Source: Octopus sinensis (lineage: Eukaryota). Taken from it: a stretch of 58,687 nucleotides of DNA. Below, one piece after another: positions 1 through 12,242 of this stretch. The notes beneath the pieces are model-generated. The model had not been told where the DNA came from. It did not search any database and worked only from the letters and a program-made list of their open reading frames with translations. Position numbers and translations under genes: made by a program. How positions within the stretch are numbered: the stretch's first letter is position 1; the number at the start of each line of letters is the position of its first letter. Where the stretch lies: assembly GCF_006345805.1 (NCBI RefSeq), contig NW_021834266.1, forward strand, positions 1 through 58,687, in the 5' to 3' direction.

Positions 1-390
1 CTCTTTAGCTTCTAAACCGGCCACATCCGGCTCAAATGTTCTACCTATTTTATGTTCAAACTAACCAGATCCAACACCTACCCTATATGTCTTAGACATA
101 GAATAATGTCTTTCTAAAACTAAACAATCGCATCATCAAAATTTTGAAGCTGTGAGATGTGTAAGCATAACAAACTCAAAACAATGTGAATAAATAATGT
201 GAAATAAGTTCGACAGAATAATCTGAATGCTAAAGGGTTAAACCTACTTCTATTATACAAATGGAATGCTTATGCACTTTGCTGTAGATATATCTATGAG
301 AGCTGGCTTCCAATCCATATATTACCGCCACTGCTCGCATGACTGATGAAGTGGCTATGTGTTGGAATTTCTGCATTTGTATACTCTTTA

Positions 391-580
391 ACTCTTTTAC
401 TAAGTTTCAGTCATTTGACTGCGGCCATGCTGGAGCACCGCCTTTAGTCAAGCAAATCGACCCCAGGACTTATTCTTTCTAAGCCTAGTACTTATTGTAT
501 GGGTCTCTTTTGCCGAACCGCTAAGTTACGGGGGCGTAAACACACCAGCATCGGTTGTCAAGTGATGTTGCGGGGACAAA

Positions 581-611
<31 letters not shown>

Positions 612-617
612 CACGCA

Positions 618-680
<63 letters not shown>

Positions 681-846
681 CATATATACGACGAGCTTCT
701 TTCAGTTTCTGTCTACCAAATCCACTCACAAGGCTTTAGTCAGCCCGAGGCTATAGTAGAAGACACTTGCCCAAGGTACCACGCAGTGGGACTGAACCCG
801 GAACCATGCGGTTCTTAAGCAAGCTACTTACCACAGAGCCACTCCT
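391..846 (-). mobile_element. tRNA-derived SINE, family A, full length with internal (CA)n/(TA)n microsatellite
   Basis: Reverse complement of head GGAGTGGCT..GTGGTAAGTAGCTTG..GGTTCAGTCCC (A/B-box-like), CCTTGGGCAAG core-like motif and 3' module ending ..GCAGTCAAATGACTGAAAC; near-identical to more than ten other copies in the window. Confidence 0.9.
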
Positions 847-2099
847 ACGCTTATGTATGTAAATGAATATTACCGACGAAGCACTATTACTATCAAATGG
901 TAATCTTTATATTGAACATAACGTGGATAATTTGTTAGAACGCAGGACACTGCGGTATATGCCTTTAGAGGTCCTCTCTCATATAGACGCATGGTGCGTA
1001 AAAGCAATGAGATTAGGCCAGTATGCGGCGACCGGGCATCTATCACTGAAGATGCACAGTACGCTGAAAATACGTAATCTGGCACGTACAGCGCCCTGCG
1101 GGACGATTCTCGTCTGCTACGATATGTGCTTGTGCTTTTATGTACCACGCTTCTATATGAGGTGACTTCTCAAGGTGGATGCTACAGTATTCGGTCTTCT
1201 AACAGGCCATCAGCGTTAAGTTGGACATAAGCTGAAGTTTCTTTAATTGTTACTCTCAATGTACACGTTACCGATTTTTCAATCGGTTAAAGTAGGAAAC
1301 GAGAGTGACAATATGTAAGCTAAAATATTCGGAAGCACATCGATATAACAGAAGTCATAAGTGCATCGAGATTTTATTGGCTGTAGTAAGAAACTGTTAA
1401 AAAGTATCAAATGTCTATTCATTTTCAGAGACAAAACGAAATATTTTAAACTATTCTCGTGCCAAAAGCGCATGAGGTGTTTTCATTATCATATATATAT
1501 ATATGTGTGTGTGTGTGCATGTGTGTATTTGCTTACATAATACATACATACATACATACATACATACATACATACATACATACATACATACATACATACA
1601 TACATAAATACATGCATACATATATACATACATATATCAATGCAAGTATACATACATACATACATAATATGATACACTTAATCAAAGAAGCTGGCTATTG
1701 TTAATAATGCTTTAATGTTAATACACATATATAAGTGCTATTTTTAATTTTAATTATCTGACCGAATTTCAGGCTACGGCAAATGTAGCTGATGAAAGAT
1801 AAACTATCTTATGCTATTCGTAGTTGAAAAAAAAATTATGATTTTCTTGTAACAAGCTTGTGTGCCAAGCAGATGGTTTTATGTTCAGTCGCAACTGTGT
1901 GGTACCTTGGGAAAATGTCTTTTATCTAGCCCACATCACTAAAGGCCTTTAAATGGAGTTGGGAAGCGGCAACTGAAAGAAACCCGTGGTATATGCACAC
2001 ACTCACACACTCTCACACAGACACACACACACACACTCTCTCTCTCACACACACACGCGCACACGCACACACACACACACACATATATAAGATTTTAGA

Positions 2100-3060
2100 A
2101 GGAAAATGCACTCAGTTAACATAGTTTTAATATATTTTTTACTATATTTTATAAATGAAAGAGTATTGTGTTTGTCGACCGGTTTCGCTTTCGCTAATCA
2201 TGACATTGAAGTTATTATAATTTCGTAGTTTCTTAAGCAGATTTTAGTCCATGTTCTTGTATGGAAGTTTGTGAATGAGATGGGGATAAATAAATATACA
2301 ATATCTCAAAAACTAAAGTAGTGAGATGAAATATGTACAGTGATGGGTATGTGATCATGAATTAAAATTTATACTGAGACCTAAGTTGGTTATGCATTCA
2401 TGTTTAGGCGTGTTCTGTATTTTTCGATAAATGATTTTTTTTATTTAAACGTTCTTGTACAGAAATTGTTTCTTTGCACTGATAGATAGGAAAAGCTGTG
2501 AAGTTTGGTTGGATATTATCTGCACATTTCTCTGTGTCCACTCGAAGGTATCTGTCTGTACTTTGGGAAATAGATCTGTTCCTTATGTAATGTGGATCTC
2601 TGTCTAAACGCCATACTTGTCTGTCCTATATAGTTATGCCCACAGACTGAACAAGTTATAACAAATTAGATCCTTGGAAGTGAATTTGGTTTTAATTGTG
2701 AACCTCTCGCCTTGTTTGAATACCAAGCCTTCGAGTAGGTTGGGGCATGTTTCACAGTTTGGATGCCCACATTTTTTAACCACTGGTTTCGTGGTTGTTG
2801 TGAAAAGCATTGCATTTGTCAAAAGTCTTTTCAGCGATTTGTCTTCCTTCTTGCATTTGATGAATTTAAGTGAAAAGAAAGTTGTTAATTTATGGATCTC
2901 TAGGGAGCGTTGGCAGATTTTATAAATTAAAGGAGATCTTACTTTTGATATATTTCGGGTGGCATGAGCTAAACAGAAGGTATTGCTTCGAGTCCGTTGG
3001 TTTATGATAAACGTTAGTTACAATTTGGCTGTTGAAATAATTAACAACCAAATTGTAACT
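2100..3060 (-). mobile_element. Penelope-like retroelement remnant (RT thumb, Cys linker, GIY-YIG endonuclease, 3' pLTR)
   Basis: Minus-strand translation across frameshifts: IVTNVYHKPTDSKQYLLFSSCHPKYIK (PLE RT C-terminus), KCGHPNCETCP (Cys-rich linker), VITCSVCGHNYIGQTSMAFRQRSTLHKEQI (GIY-YIG); hammerhead motif downstream on the same strand. Confidence 0.9.
2173..2205 (-). ncRNA. Minimal type-I hammerhead ribozyme motif (A3:U8 core variant) in PLE 3' region
   Basis: Minus strand TGTC-ATGATTA-GC-GAAA-GC-GAAA-CCGGTC^GACA: stem I TGTC/GACA, stem II with GAAA loop, GAAA, palindromic helix III ACCGGT, GUC cleavage triplet. Confidence 0.7.
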
Positions 3061-3353
3061 GAGACCGATGCACAAACACAACCTTCACTTATAAAATATA
3101 TTAAAAAATATATTAAAACTATGCAAACTGTGGCCATTTTCTTTCTTTTATGTTATATATATATATATATTGTACCCTTATATGCATGCATATATACATA
3201 TATATGTAGGTATGTACATGTATGTATGTATATATGCATATATTTATATATTATTTATATTATATATATGTATATTTACATTGCAACTTACCACGTGGGA
3301 ATAATCGAAATTTTCCTCCTACCTTTTCTTACTATATATATATATATATATAT

Positions 3354-3415
<62 letters not shown>

Positions 3416-3985
3416 TGTGTGTGTTTATGTCCCTATCACTTCGCGGTTGGGTAAAAGTGACCTGATAGAATTAATGCTTGGTTTAAAAATAAGTACCGGG
3501 GAATGACTTGTTCGACGATACTGTTCAAGGTGATTCCCCGGCATGGCCACATCCCAATGATTGAAACAAAGTGGCGATAGCATTCAGTTTTACTCTACTC
3601 TGCAATTGAAGCTTTACCGCGAAAACTAATGCTTTAGAAGGAAAGATCACGAGTTTGAAAGCAGATACTATAGCTGTTGCAATTACTTAGAGGAGAATAC
3701 ATTTACGTGTTCGTCCTGGAAAGTTTTATACTGTAATAATATGTATGGAATCAACGAAGTTTATGGTTCAGCTGCAGCTCACCTTTAGACTATTTTTATG
3801 GAATATCTTGTGATATCTATGATCTAGCGAGAAATGCTTATTGATAAGGTTTAGAAAAAGTATTATTGGAATGCCCGATTAAAATCCAGCAATAATTACA
3901 CGCTATTCCGTTTTTTGTTTTTCGTGCTTACGAAGTTCTTGTTCTATTTTTGGATCTACTCTCTCTCTCCTTCTCTCTCTCTCCT

Positions 3986-4057
<72 letters not shown>

Positions 4058-4659
4058 TAATGATGATCTGTACTGTTAACGGATTCATTGTCTGATGATA
4101 AGCTGAATATTGTACTCACAAATGTTATTAACTGTTTATGTATCATTGAGTGATAGTTGGAATTTACTGTAATTTGTCGTTAGGTTTATCAACAAGACAG
4201 TACTTAGTAGTTCGTAAATCTGAAGTCATATAAGAGACAATGCCGATGCTTCTCTTTTATTTTTTTTGTCATTTACTTGTTTCAGTCATTAGACTACGGC
4301 CATGCTGGAGCACCGCATATATTCATAAAAAATGTTTATACATACATAGTGATAAGGCGGCGTTCTATACGCTCATATAAACATGTTTTATCAAATCTTA
4401 TTGAATAAATATTGTTTAGTGTCTTAAATTTATTGTTAATTGTACCAAATGTACACAGAGTGTCTTCTGTTCCGTTTCCACGAAACTTTCGATAAATGTC
4501 GTCAGCGATTTATAGCAGACGACAAATAAAAAAAAATTATTAAACAAATTTTTCTATAAAAATTCTATGAAGATAACTCAGAAACGTATTTAAAAGAGAA
4601 TTGCAACAAACAATGTAACGAATAAATTTGTAAAATTTAAGAGTTATGGCCTTGTTTTA

Positions 4660-4774
4660 AGGAGTTTGCTTCCTTGCTAAATGGCTTCAGCCTCAGTCCC
4701 ACTGCGTGGCTATAGCCATGAGTTGGTCAAAGCCTTCTCAGTGTATTTGGTAGTCAGAAACTGAAAGAACTCTG

Positions 4775-4816
<42 letters not shown>

Positions 4817-5049
4817 GTATATGTATATGTATGAGTTTATTTTTTCTTTGTGTTTGTACCCACTACTGCATAACAAACGGTTTTGATTTGTTGGCATCCC
4901 TGTAATGTAGTGTTTGTGCAAAAAAGACGGATAGAATAAGAACTAGACTTTAAAAAAAATACGTACTGTTGGCGATTTGTTCAGCTTCGCCTCTCAATGC
5001 AGTTGCCCAGCGTGGCCGTAGTCCAATGACTTAATCAAGTAAAAGAAAG
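4660..5049 (+). mobile_element. Degenerate family A SINE
   Basis: CAGTCCCACTGCGTGGC, AACTGAAAGAA, internal (TA)n, GATAGAATAAG and GTCCAATGACTTAATCAAGTAAAAG occur in family-A order. Confidence 0.7.
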
Positions 5050-5458
5050 TGAAATATAAAATATATTCATAAAATTTGTCGAAAAAATATCTTCCATAAA
5101 ATTTATCGAAATGTTTTTACAGATACTCTTTCTTCGTTGACAGAAGCGAAGAGGTTATATGATAAAGCACGAAAATAGGGAAATACACAGAGATTTGTTT
5201 GTTGGCAACAACTGCAAATTTTTTATTAAAACCAAGGAAAATATCTTATAGCCATTTAATTTAGAAGACGATAAGAAGAGAGTTAATGAAATCAAGCGGT
5301 ATTAGAATGGGTTATTGAACCGGAGACGGGTGGTAGGAGGAAGTTTATAAGCTTTATGAAAATACCTCTGAGACATGTTAATTGACGACTGAAAATATAA
5401 TGCGACTATTATATATATATATGCTGAATTATAGCATGATTCAAATAATAAATATATA

Positions 5459-5665
5459 TTGGTTTCAAATTTTGGCACAAGGCCAGAAATTTAGGGCGAG
5501 AGGGTAAGATTACATCAACTCTAGTACGCAACTAGTATTTATTTCATTGACCCCGAAAGGATGACAGACGAAGTTGACCTCGGTGGAATTTGAACTCAGA
5601 ACATAAAGACGGCCGGAATGCCGTCTAAGCATTTACCCGGCGTGCTAAACAATTCTGCTCGCTTT
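5459..5665 (-). mobile_element. SINE family B
   Basis: Reverse complement of GTTCTGAGTTCAAATTCCACCGAGGTCAAC..GGGGTCAAT..GGCCTTGTGCC. Confidence 0.8.
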
Positions 5666-5759
5666 CCATATGTATTATATATTGTAATATTTATTACAAA
5701 GGAGCCATTGAAATGCAAACGATTTTAAAACAGTGAGGATGATATGAGGTTATACGGAT

Positions 5760-5842
5760 GTATGTGTGTGTGTATATACATATATATATATATAAATAAT
5801 ATATATATATGCATATATACATACGTATATGTATATACTTAC

Positions 5843-5910
<68 letters not shown>
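5760..5910. repeat. (TA)n/(TG)n microsatellite
   Basis: Long near-perfect TA run. Confidence 0.95.
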
Positions 5911-5913
<3 letters not shown>

Positions 5914-7159
5914 GGCACAGGACGTCTTGAAACGTTTACAACAAAAAAAGTACGAAGTACGAGTACATGGAACATGAATTATTCTTCCGAACAACGAAAG
6001 ACAAACGGAAAACAAAAACAAACATAAACAACGACCCTTCATCAGTTGTTGGCTGTTTCTCTAGTCTCGTATTTCGAGCATTTAACAACAATATACGCTT
6101 TCGATAAAACAGTTGCTCCCGCAAAGCAAATTAAATAAAATTTGGGATTTTGCGGAGGATCAAAATAGGTAACACAAACAGGACAGTGAACACTGTATGA
6201 AGTAGTTTTTGTGAAGCATTGTAAGGTATAACTTTAGAGAATGTTGTGAAAGTCTTTACACTACTACATTCTTTGAAATTCATACATACATACATACATA
6301 CATACATACATACATACATACATACATACATACATACATACAACATACATGCATGTATGTATGTATGCATATGTATTAATATTAAGGATTCAGGATAGAA
6401 CCATGTACATAAATGGTATGCACCAAGTTGGGTCGAATTCAACTATAAGCACCACCTTTAGTCAAATAAATATACTAGGTACTGAAGTACTCCCAGTAAA
6501 ATATTCAGGTTGTTTGCACAGAGAATTTAACCCTTACAAGTATTTAACGCCTGGGGGGGGGGGGGGGGCTGAGCGAAAGTGACATACCAAAATTTCTAAA
6601 CCATGTTTGATATCCGATGGGTGAACTTCCTTTGAGGATCTGAACAAACTTCTGTATTCATGCAGTTGTCAACCATTCACTCAATTTTATTTTTATCCAA
6701 ACGATGACAGCACTTGGACACTTGCCAAGAAGAAACTTCGATGATAACGTGGGACTAATTATGGGTTATTTACATCGTATGTGTGGCGAAAATATTTTGT
6801 GATAAGAGAAAACTATCCACGAATTTCATAGGACCGTACATTGATTGTATGATAAGTGGGAAGAACGCCTGTGATATCCTTCAGAAAATGCATTGAAATA
6901 TTGCAATGAATGCCATTGAATAGCAGACGATAGGAAGAAATGTCGAGAGAATTTGAGGAAATATTAAGATGTGCGTATATTAGCAAGCAACAGGTGAGAA
7001 ATAGTCTTTGAAAAAAGACGTATGAAAATATCACGGAGTCATTTCATAAAGCAGACGACCAGTTGATTTACGGTGTCAAAATAGAGCCATTTGATTCGCA
7101 GATAAATGACAGAAAAAATTAAACAGAAATATCAACCAACTATTTATTGCTTATTAATT

Positions 7160-7204
<45 letters not shown>

Positions 7205-7727
7205 TGTATGTGTGTGAAATTTATGGAAATATCATAAAGACTTCGATGGAAGAAAATCAGTAAAACTTCTACGAAAATATCTCAGAGCTCTTTCAGTCGT
7301 TGACGTCAACGTGCTTATGCATGATATTCTTAAAAAAAAAACTGAATAAATAGATAGAACTTAAGAACTACGAAAATATCACTGAGAGTTACTTAATAGC
7401 AGACGATAGAAAAAAGAGTGCAGAGTACTTATGGAAATATCACGGAACCATTGATTAGCAGCCGACAGAAGAAATTGTCCAGATAATGTAGGGAAAACGT
7501 CATTGAAATATTAACATTCAGATAATAGAAAGAATTAATAAACATGTTACGAAAGCTGTGAGAGAGAAAGAAAACAATAATAACTGCACCTTAAATTTAA
7601 GCAAAACGACAGCACAACTGTGTGGGCAAATGGAGGTGAAATGGAGGGAGGTTTCGAGCGATATTTTTTTTTAAAGAAATTTTTGCAGGGTTTAACTGTG
7701 ATAGTAAAATATACTACAACGCTTACA

Positions 7728-7728
7728 G

Positions 7729-7768
<40 letters not shown>

Positions 7769-7820
7769 AACTACTACTACTACTACTACAACTGCTGCTG
7801 CTGCTGTTACTGCTACTACT
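7728..7820. repeat. (CTA)n microsatellite
   Basis: Direct reading. Confidence 0.95.
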
Positions 7821-8539
7821 TGAAAAATTGGTGTAACCGTGATGTTTTAGTTATCTGATGACCTAGCTTTCTTTATCTGCACTGATTTGTAAAAAATACA
7901 TTTGTATTGGACAATGCCTAGCATGCATATTACTGTAGACATGTAAGGTAATATATTATACACCAAAGTTATTATTACATGATGGTGGATACAAAATGGC
8001 TGTGATCACGAGGATGGCAAATGGTTAAATAAATTCATTCAGCTCACAGACCACTGGGCTTTTTATGGTTTGTGTACCTCTCATGAAATAATTTCATCAA
8101 TTGGATCTCCTGGATTTCAGCTGCATATGTATCTGCATTACGTATTAGATTAGTATGTAGTCTGCTAGCCGGGTCCACTGGAAGAGCTTTCTGTGATAGC
8201 CACATAATTTTATGAATCCACATATTGCAGTATGTTTGTGTGTGTATGTGTGCGTGTGTGCGTGTGTGTGTGTGCGCGCGCACACATAAAAAAAATCTCG
8301 CCAAGCTGACGACGATGATGATGATGATGATGATAATGATGATGACATGCAATGAGGTTTATTATACACGAAAGCATGGCGGTCATATATCTTTCAGTGC
8401 GTTGTAAATGTGCGCAATTGTGACTTAAATGTTAACAACAAGAATAAGAAGAATAACAAAAACAACAAGAACGACTCAGTCGAGAAGAAACACAGGAAAT
8501 ATGGTCACAACAATAACAAAAGAACAGGAAACGCGTAGG

Positions 8540-8546
8540 GATATAT

Positions 8547-8592
<46 letters not shown>

Positions 8593-8762
8593 TATGTATA
8601 TGATATATATATATGTGTGTGTATAATATGTATGTATATTATAAACACACACATATTTACATACATAAATACACGCACATACATTTATATATATGTATAT
8701 ACATATATATGCATAATTTATGTATGCATTATGGATATATATATATTATATATATATACATT

Positions 8763-8815
<53 letters not shown>

Positions 8816-9101
8816 GCGCACATACACATATATTTACATATATACTTATATAGGTACTTATATGCATATATGCATATTAAAATCTATTTATCTATATATT
8901 ATATATACATATATATATATACATATATATAATATTATATATATTATATAATATATATATATATATATAGATATGTATGTATATATATGTATGTATGTAT
9001 TTGTATATATATATATATGTATATGTATATGTATATGTTATATGTATAATACATATATGTATATATATACATTATATATATATGTATGTATTTGTGTATA
9101 T

Positions 9102-9134
<33 letters not shown>

Positions 9135-9140
9135 CATACG
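8540..9140. repeat. Compound (TA)n/(TATG)n low-complexity tract
   Basis: Direct reading; source of the Y/I-rich ORFs. Confidence 0.95.
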
Positions 9141-9154
9141 TACATACCGTTTGA

Positions 9155-9345
9155 AGGCGCTTGGCATTCGGTTAACGATCGTAAGTTTGTGAGTTCAATT
9201 CCCGGCGACGCACTGTGTCCTTGAGCAAGACACTTTATTTCACATTGCTCCAGTCCACTCAGCTGGCAAAAATGAGTTGTACCTGTGTCTGTGGAGTACT
9301 CAGCCACTTGTACGTTAATTTCACGAGCAAGCTGTTCCGTTGTGA
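9155..9345 (+). mobile_element. SINE family D head/body joined to a family C-type 3' segment
   Basis: GTGAGTTCAATTCCCG..GTGTCCTTGAGCAAGACACTTTATTTCAC (as at 43844) followed by GTGTCTGTGGAGTACTCAGCCACTTG (as at 18845 and 35405). Confidence 0.7.
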
Positions 9346-9439
9346 TCCCACAACGTTATGAATGTGAGGCCCGCTCTAACCACTGAGCCATGCACCTTCG
9401 CAAAGATATCCACAACGGAAACACTAGCAGTTACACCAG

Positions 9440-10150
9440 AAAGGCCCCACCACCACCATCACCACCATGATCGCCACAAGCACCACCACCATCATCATCA
9501 CCACCACCACCACCATCATCACTACCACTACCATCATCACCACCACTACCATCATCATCACTACCACCACCAGCACCACCATTATCATCACCACCACCAC
9601 CACCACCACTACCACCATCATCATCACCACCACCATCATCACCACCACTACCATCATCATCACTAGCACCACCATTAACATCATCACCACCATCATCGCC
9701 ACCACCACCACCATCATCATCTACCACCATCATCACTACCACTACCATCATCACTACCACTACCATCATCATCACTACCACCACCATCACCACCATTATC
9801 ATCATCACCACCACCACCACCATCATCATCACCACCACCATCATCACTACCACCATCACCACCACTATCATCATCATCTTCATCACCACCACTACCGTCA
9901 TCATCGCCCCTACCACTACCACCACCATCATCATCATCACCACTACCATCACCAACGCCACCAACAACTACACCAGTGCCACCACCACCACCACCACCAT
10001 CATTAACTCTAATACCACTGAACATTACCTAAAGGAGTAGCACTACCCTCGCCACCACCACAAGGGCCGCCAGTACACCACCGGCTCCACCGCCACAATC
10101 ACCACCACCAACAACAACGACATCACCACTAACTTTAATACCACCGAACA
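9440..10150. repeat. (CAC/CAT)n trinucleotide low-complexity tract
   Basis: Direct reading; yields poly-His/Thr/Val ORFs. Confidence 0.9.
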
Positions 10151-10173
10151 TTACCGTTAGAACCTTCAATACC

Positions 10174-10410
10174 TGTTTCTTTACTACCCACAATGGGCTA
10201 AACACAGAGAGGACAAACAAGGACAGACAAACGGATTAAGTCGATTATATCGACCCCAGTGCGTAACTGGTACTTATTTAATCGACCCCGAAAGGATGAA
10301 AGGCAAAGTCGACCTCGGCGGAATTTGAACTCAGAACGTAACGGCAGACAGAATACGGCTACGCATTTCGCCCGGCGTGCTAACCGTTTCTGCCAGCTCG
10401 CCGCCTTAAA
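10174..10410 (-). mobile_element. SINE family B, full length with 16-bp target-site duplication
   Basis: Head AAGGCGGCGAGCTGGCAGAAAC on the minus strand; TAGAACCTTCAATACC duplicated at 10158-10173 and 10411-10426. Confidence 0.92.
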
Positions 10411-10489
10411 TAGAACCTTCAATACCATCGCCATTGCAACAACAACAACGACACCACCAACACAAGTAGTACTATAGACACATGCATTC

Positions 10490-10876
10490 ATCTCTTTCTC
10501 TCTTTCTCTTTCTACCTCTCTTTCTTTCTCTTTTCTTCTCTTTTTCTCTCCCTCTTCTTCTCTCCTTGTCCCTCCCTCCCTTTCTCTCTCTCCAATTTCT
10601 ATCTCCTCTCCGTACCTCTCTCTTTATCTCCCCCTCTGTCTCCTCCTCTCTTTTTCTCTCGCTCCCTGTTTTTCTCTCTCTCTTTCTCTATTTCTCTCTC
10701 CCTCTCCTTGCCTCTCTTTCTCTTTCTCTCCCTCTCAGTCCCCTTCTCTCTCTCTTTCTCTTTCCCTCTCTCCTTCTCTCTCTCTCTCTCCCTATTTTTC
10801 TTTCCCTCTCCTTGCCTCTCTTTCTCTTTCTCTCCCTCTCAGTCTCTTTCTCTCTCTTTCTCTCTTCCCCTCTCCT

Positions 10877-10913
<37 letters not shown>

Positions 10914-11000
10914 ATTTTTCTTTCCCACTCCTTGCCTCCCTTTCCATTTCCTCTGCTGCCTCTATCTCTCTCTTTCTCTCACACACACACACCCACACAC
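10490..11000. repeat. (CT)-rich polypyrimidine tract
   Basis: Direct reading. Confidence 0.9.
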
Positions 11001-11224
11001 AACTTTCATTCACATTACCCTCACCCGCATCTCACCCCACCACCCTGCACTCGCTCAGTCATACTCACAGAGACAGACTCATTCACACAGTGACATATAG
11101 ATTCAAACACACACACACACACACACGCATTTACTTTCCCCTGTACATAAGCCTTAATACACACTAAGAAATACACACACACACACACAGATTCACTCAT
11201 ACACATCCTCACACACATATTCAT

Positions 11225-11256
<32 letters not shown>

Positions 11257-11541
11257 AGGCACGCATGCAGTAAACGCATAGTTACATATATACACACATT
11301 CTTACACATACATTCATATATATACATAAGCACACACACACATATCCACGCACATACGCAAACAGTCACACACGCACATAGCCGCACACCCATTCGTACG
11401 CAAGCACATACACACATAGTTATATCTAAATACACACATATACACACATTAAAACATACTACACAGCCCCTAACACCACCTTTGTCTCCTAAGTGCACTC
11501 AGGAAGTAAACACTACCACCACCGCCACCACCACCACCACC

Positions 11542-11575
<34 letters not shown>

Positions 11576-11670
11576 TCATAATCGTCATCACCACCACCAT
11601 CATCGCCACCACTACCACCACCACCACCACCACCATCACTGTCACCCTTCCACACTAACAATCACAGACA

Positions 11671-12222
11671 CATACATGGTTCCCGGTTCAGTCTCACTGT
11701 GTGGCACCTTGGACAAGTGTCTTCTACTATAGCCTAGGGCTGACCAAAGCCTTGTGAGTGGATTTGGCAGATGGAAACTGAAAGAAGCCCATCGTATATA
11801 TATATATATATTATATATATATATATATATATATCTATGTATGTACACAAATATGTACACAAATATATATACATATATACATATATATATATATACACAT
11901 ATATATACATTATATGTACATATATATATATATACATACATATATATATATAAATATTAAAAATACTAAAAAAATTTTTTTAATATAAAGAGAATTTTAA
12001 ATATATGTATGTGTGTGTGTGTGTGTTTGTCCCCCCACCCACGCAATATCGCTTGACAACCGATGCTGATGCGTTTACGTTCCCGTAACTTAGCGGTTCG
12101 GCAAAAGACACCGATAGAATAAGTACTAGGCTTACAAAAAAATAAGTTCTGGGATCGATTTGCTCGACAAAAGGCTGTGCTCCAGCATGACCGCAGTCAA
12201 ATGCCTGAAACAAAGAGTAAAA
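11671..12222 (+). mobile_element. SINE family A with expanded internal (TA)n
   Basis: GGTTCAGTCTCACTGTGTGGCACCTTGGACAAG ... GCAGTCAAATGCCTGAAAC. Confidence 0.88.
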
Positions 12223-12242
12223 AATACAGTTATATCTACATA

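Noticed and set aside
863-1165. 100-aa ORF in non-repetitive sequence
   Set aside because: No recognisable motif and no splice signals; begins at the edge of a SINE
1170-1215. Minus-strand CTGATGG..CCGAATACTGTA motif resembling a hammerhead
   Set aside because: Stem II and stem I do not pair convincingly and GAAA is broken; at best a decayed relic
1773-1812. CTGATGA preceded by a GCTAC/GTAGC hairpin and followed by an AAGATA/TATCTT hairpin (hammerhead-like)
   Set aside because: No GAAA after stem II and no NUH site, so the core is incomplete
6000-6110. Minus-strand CTGATGAAGG near GAAAC
   Set aside because: Order and spacing cannot form helices I-III
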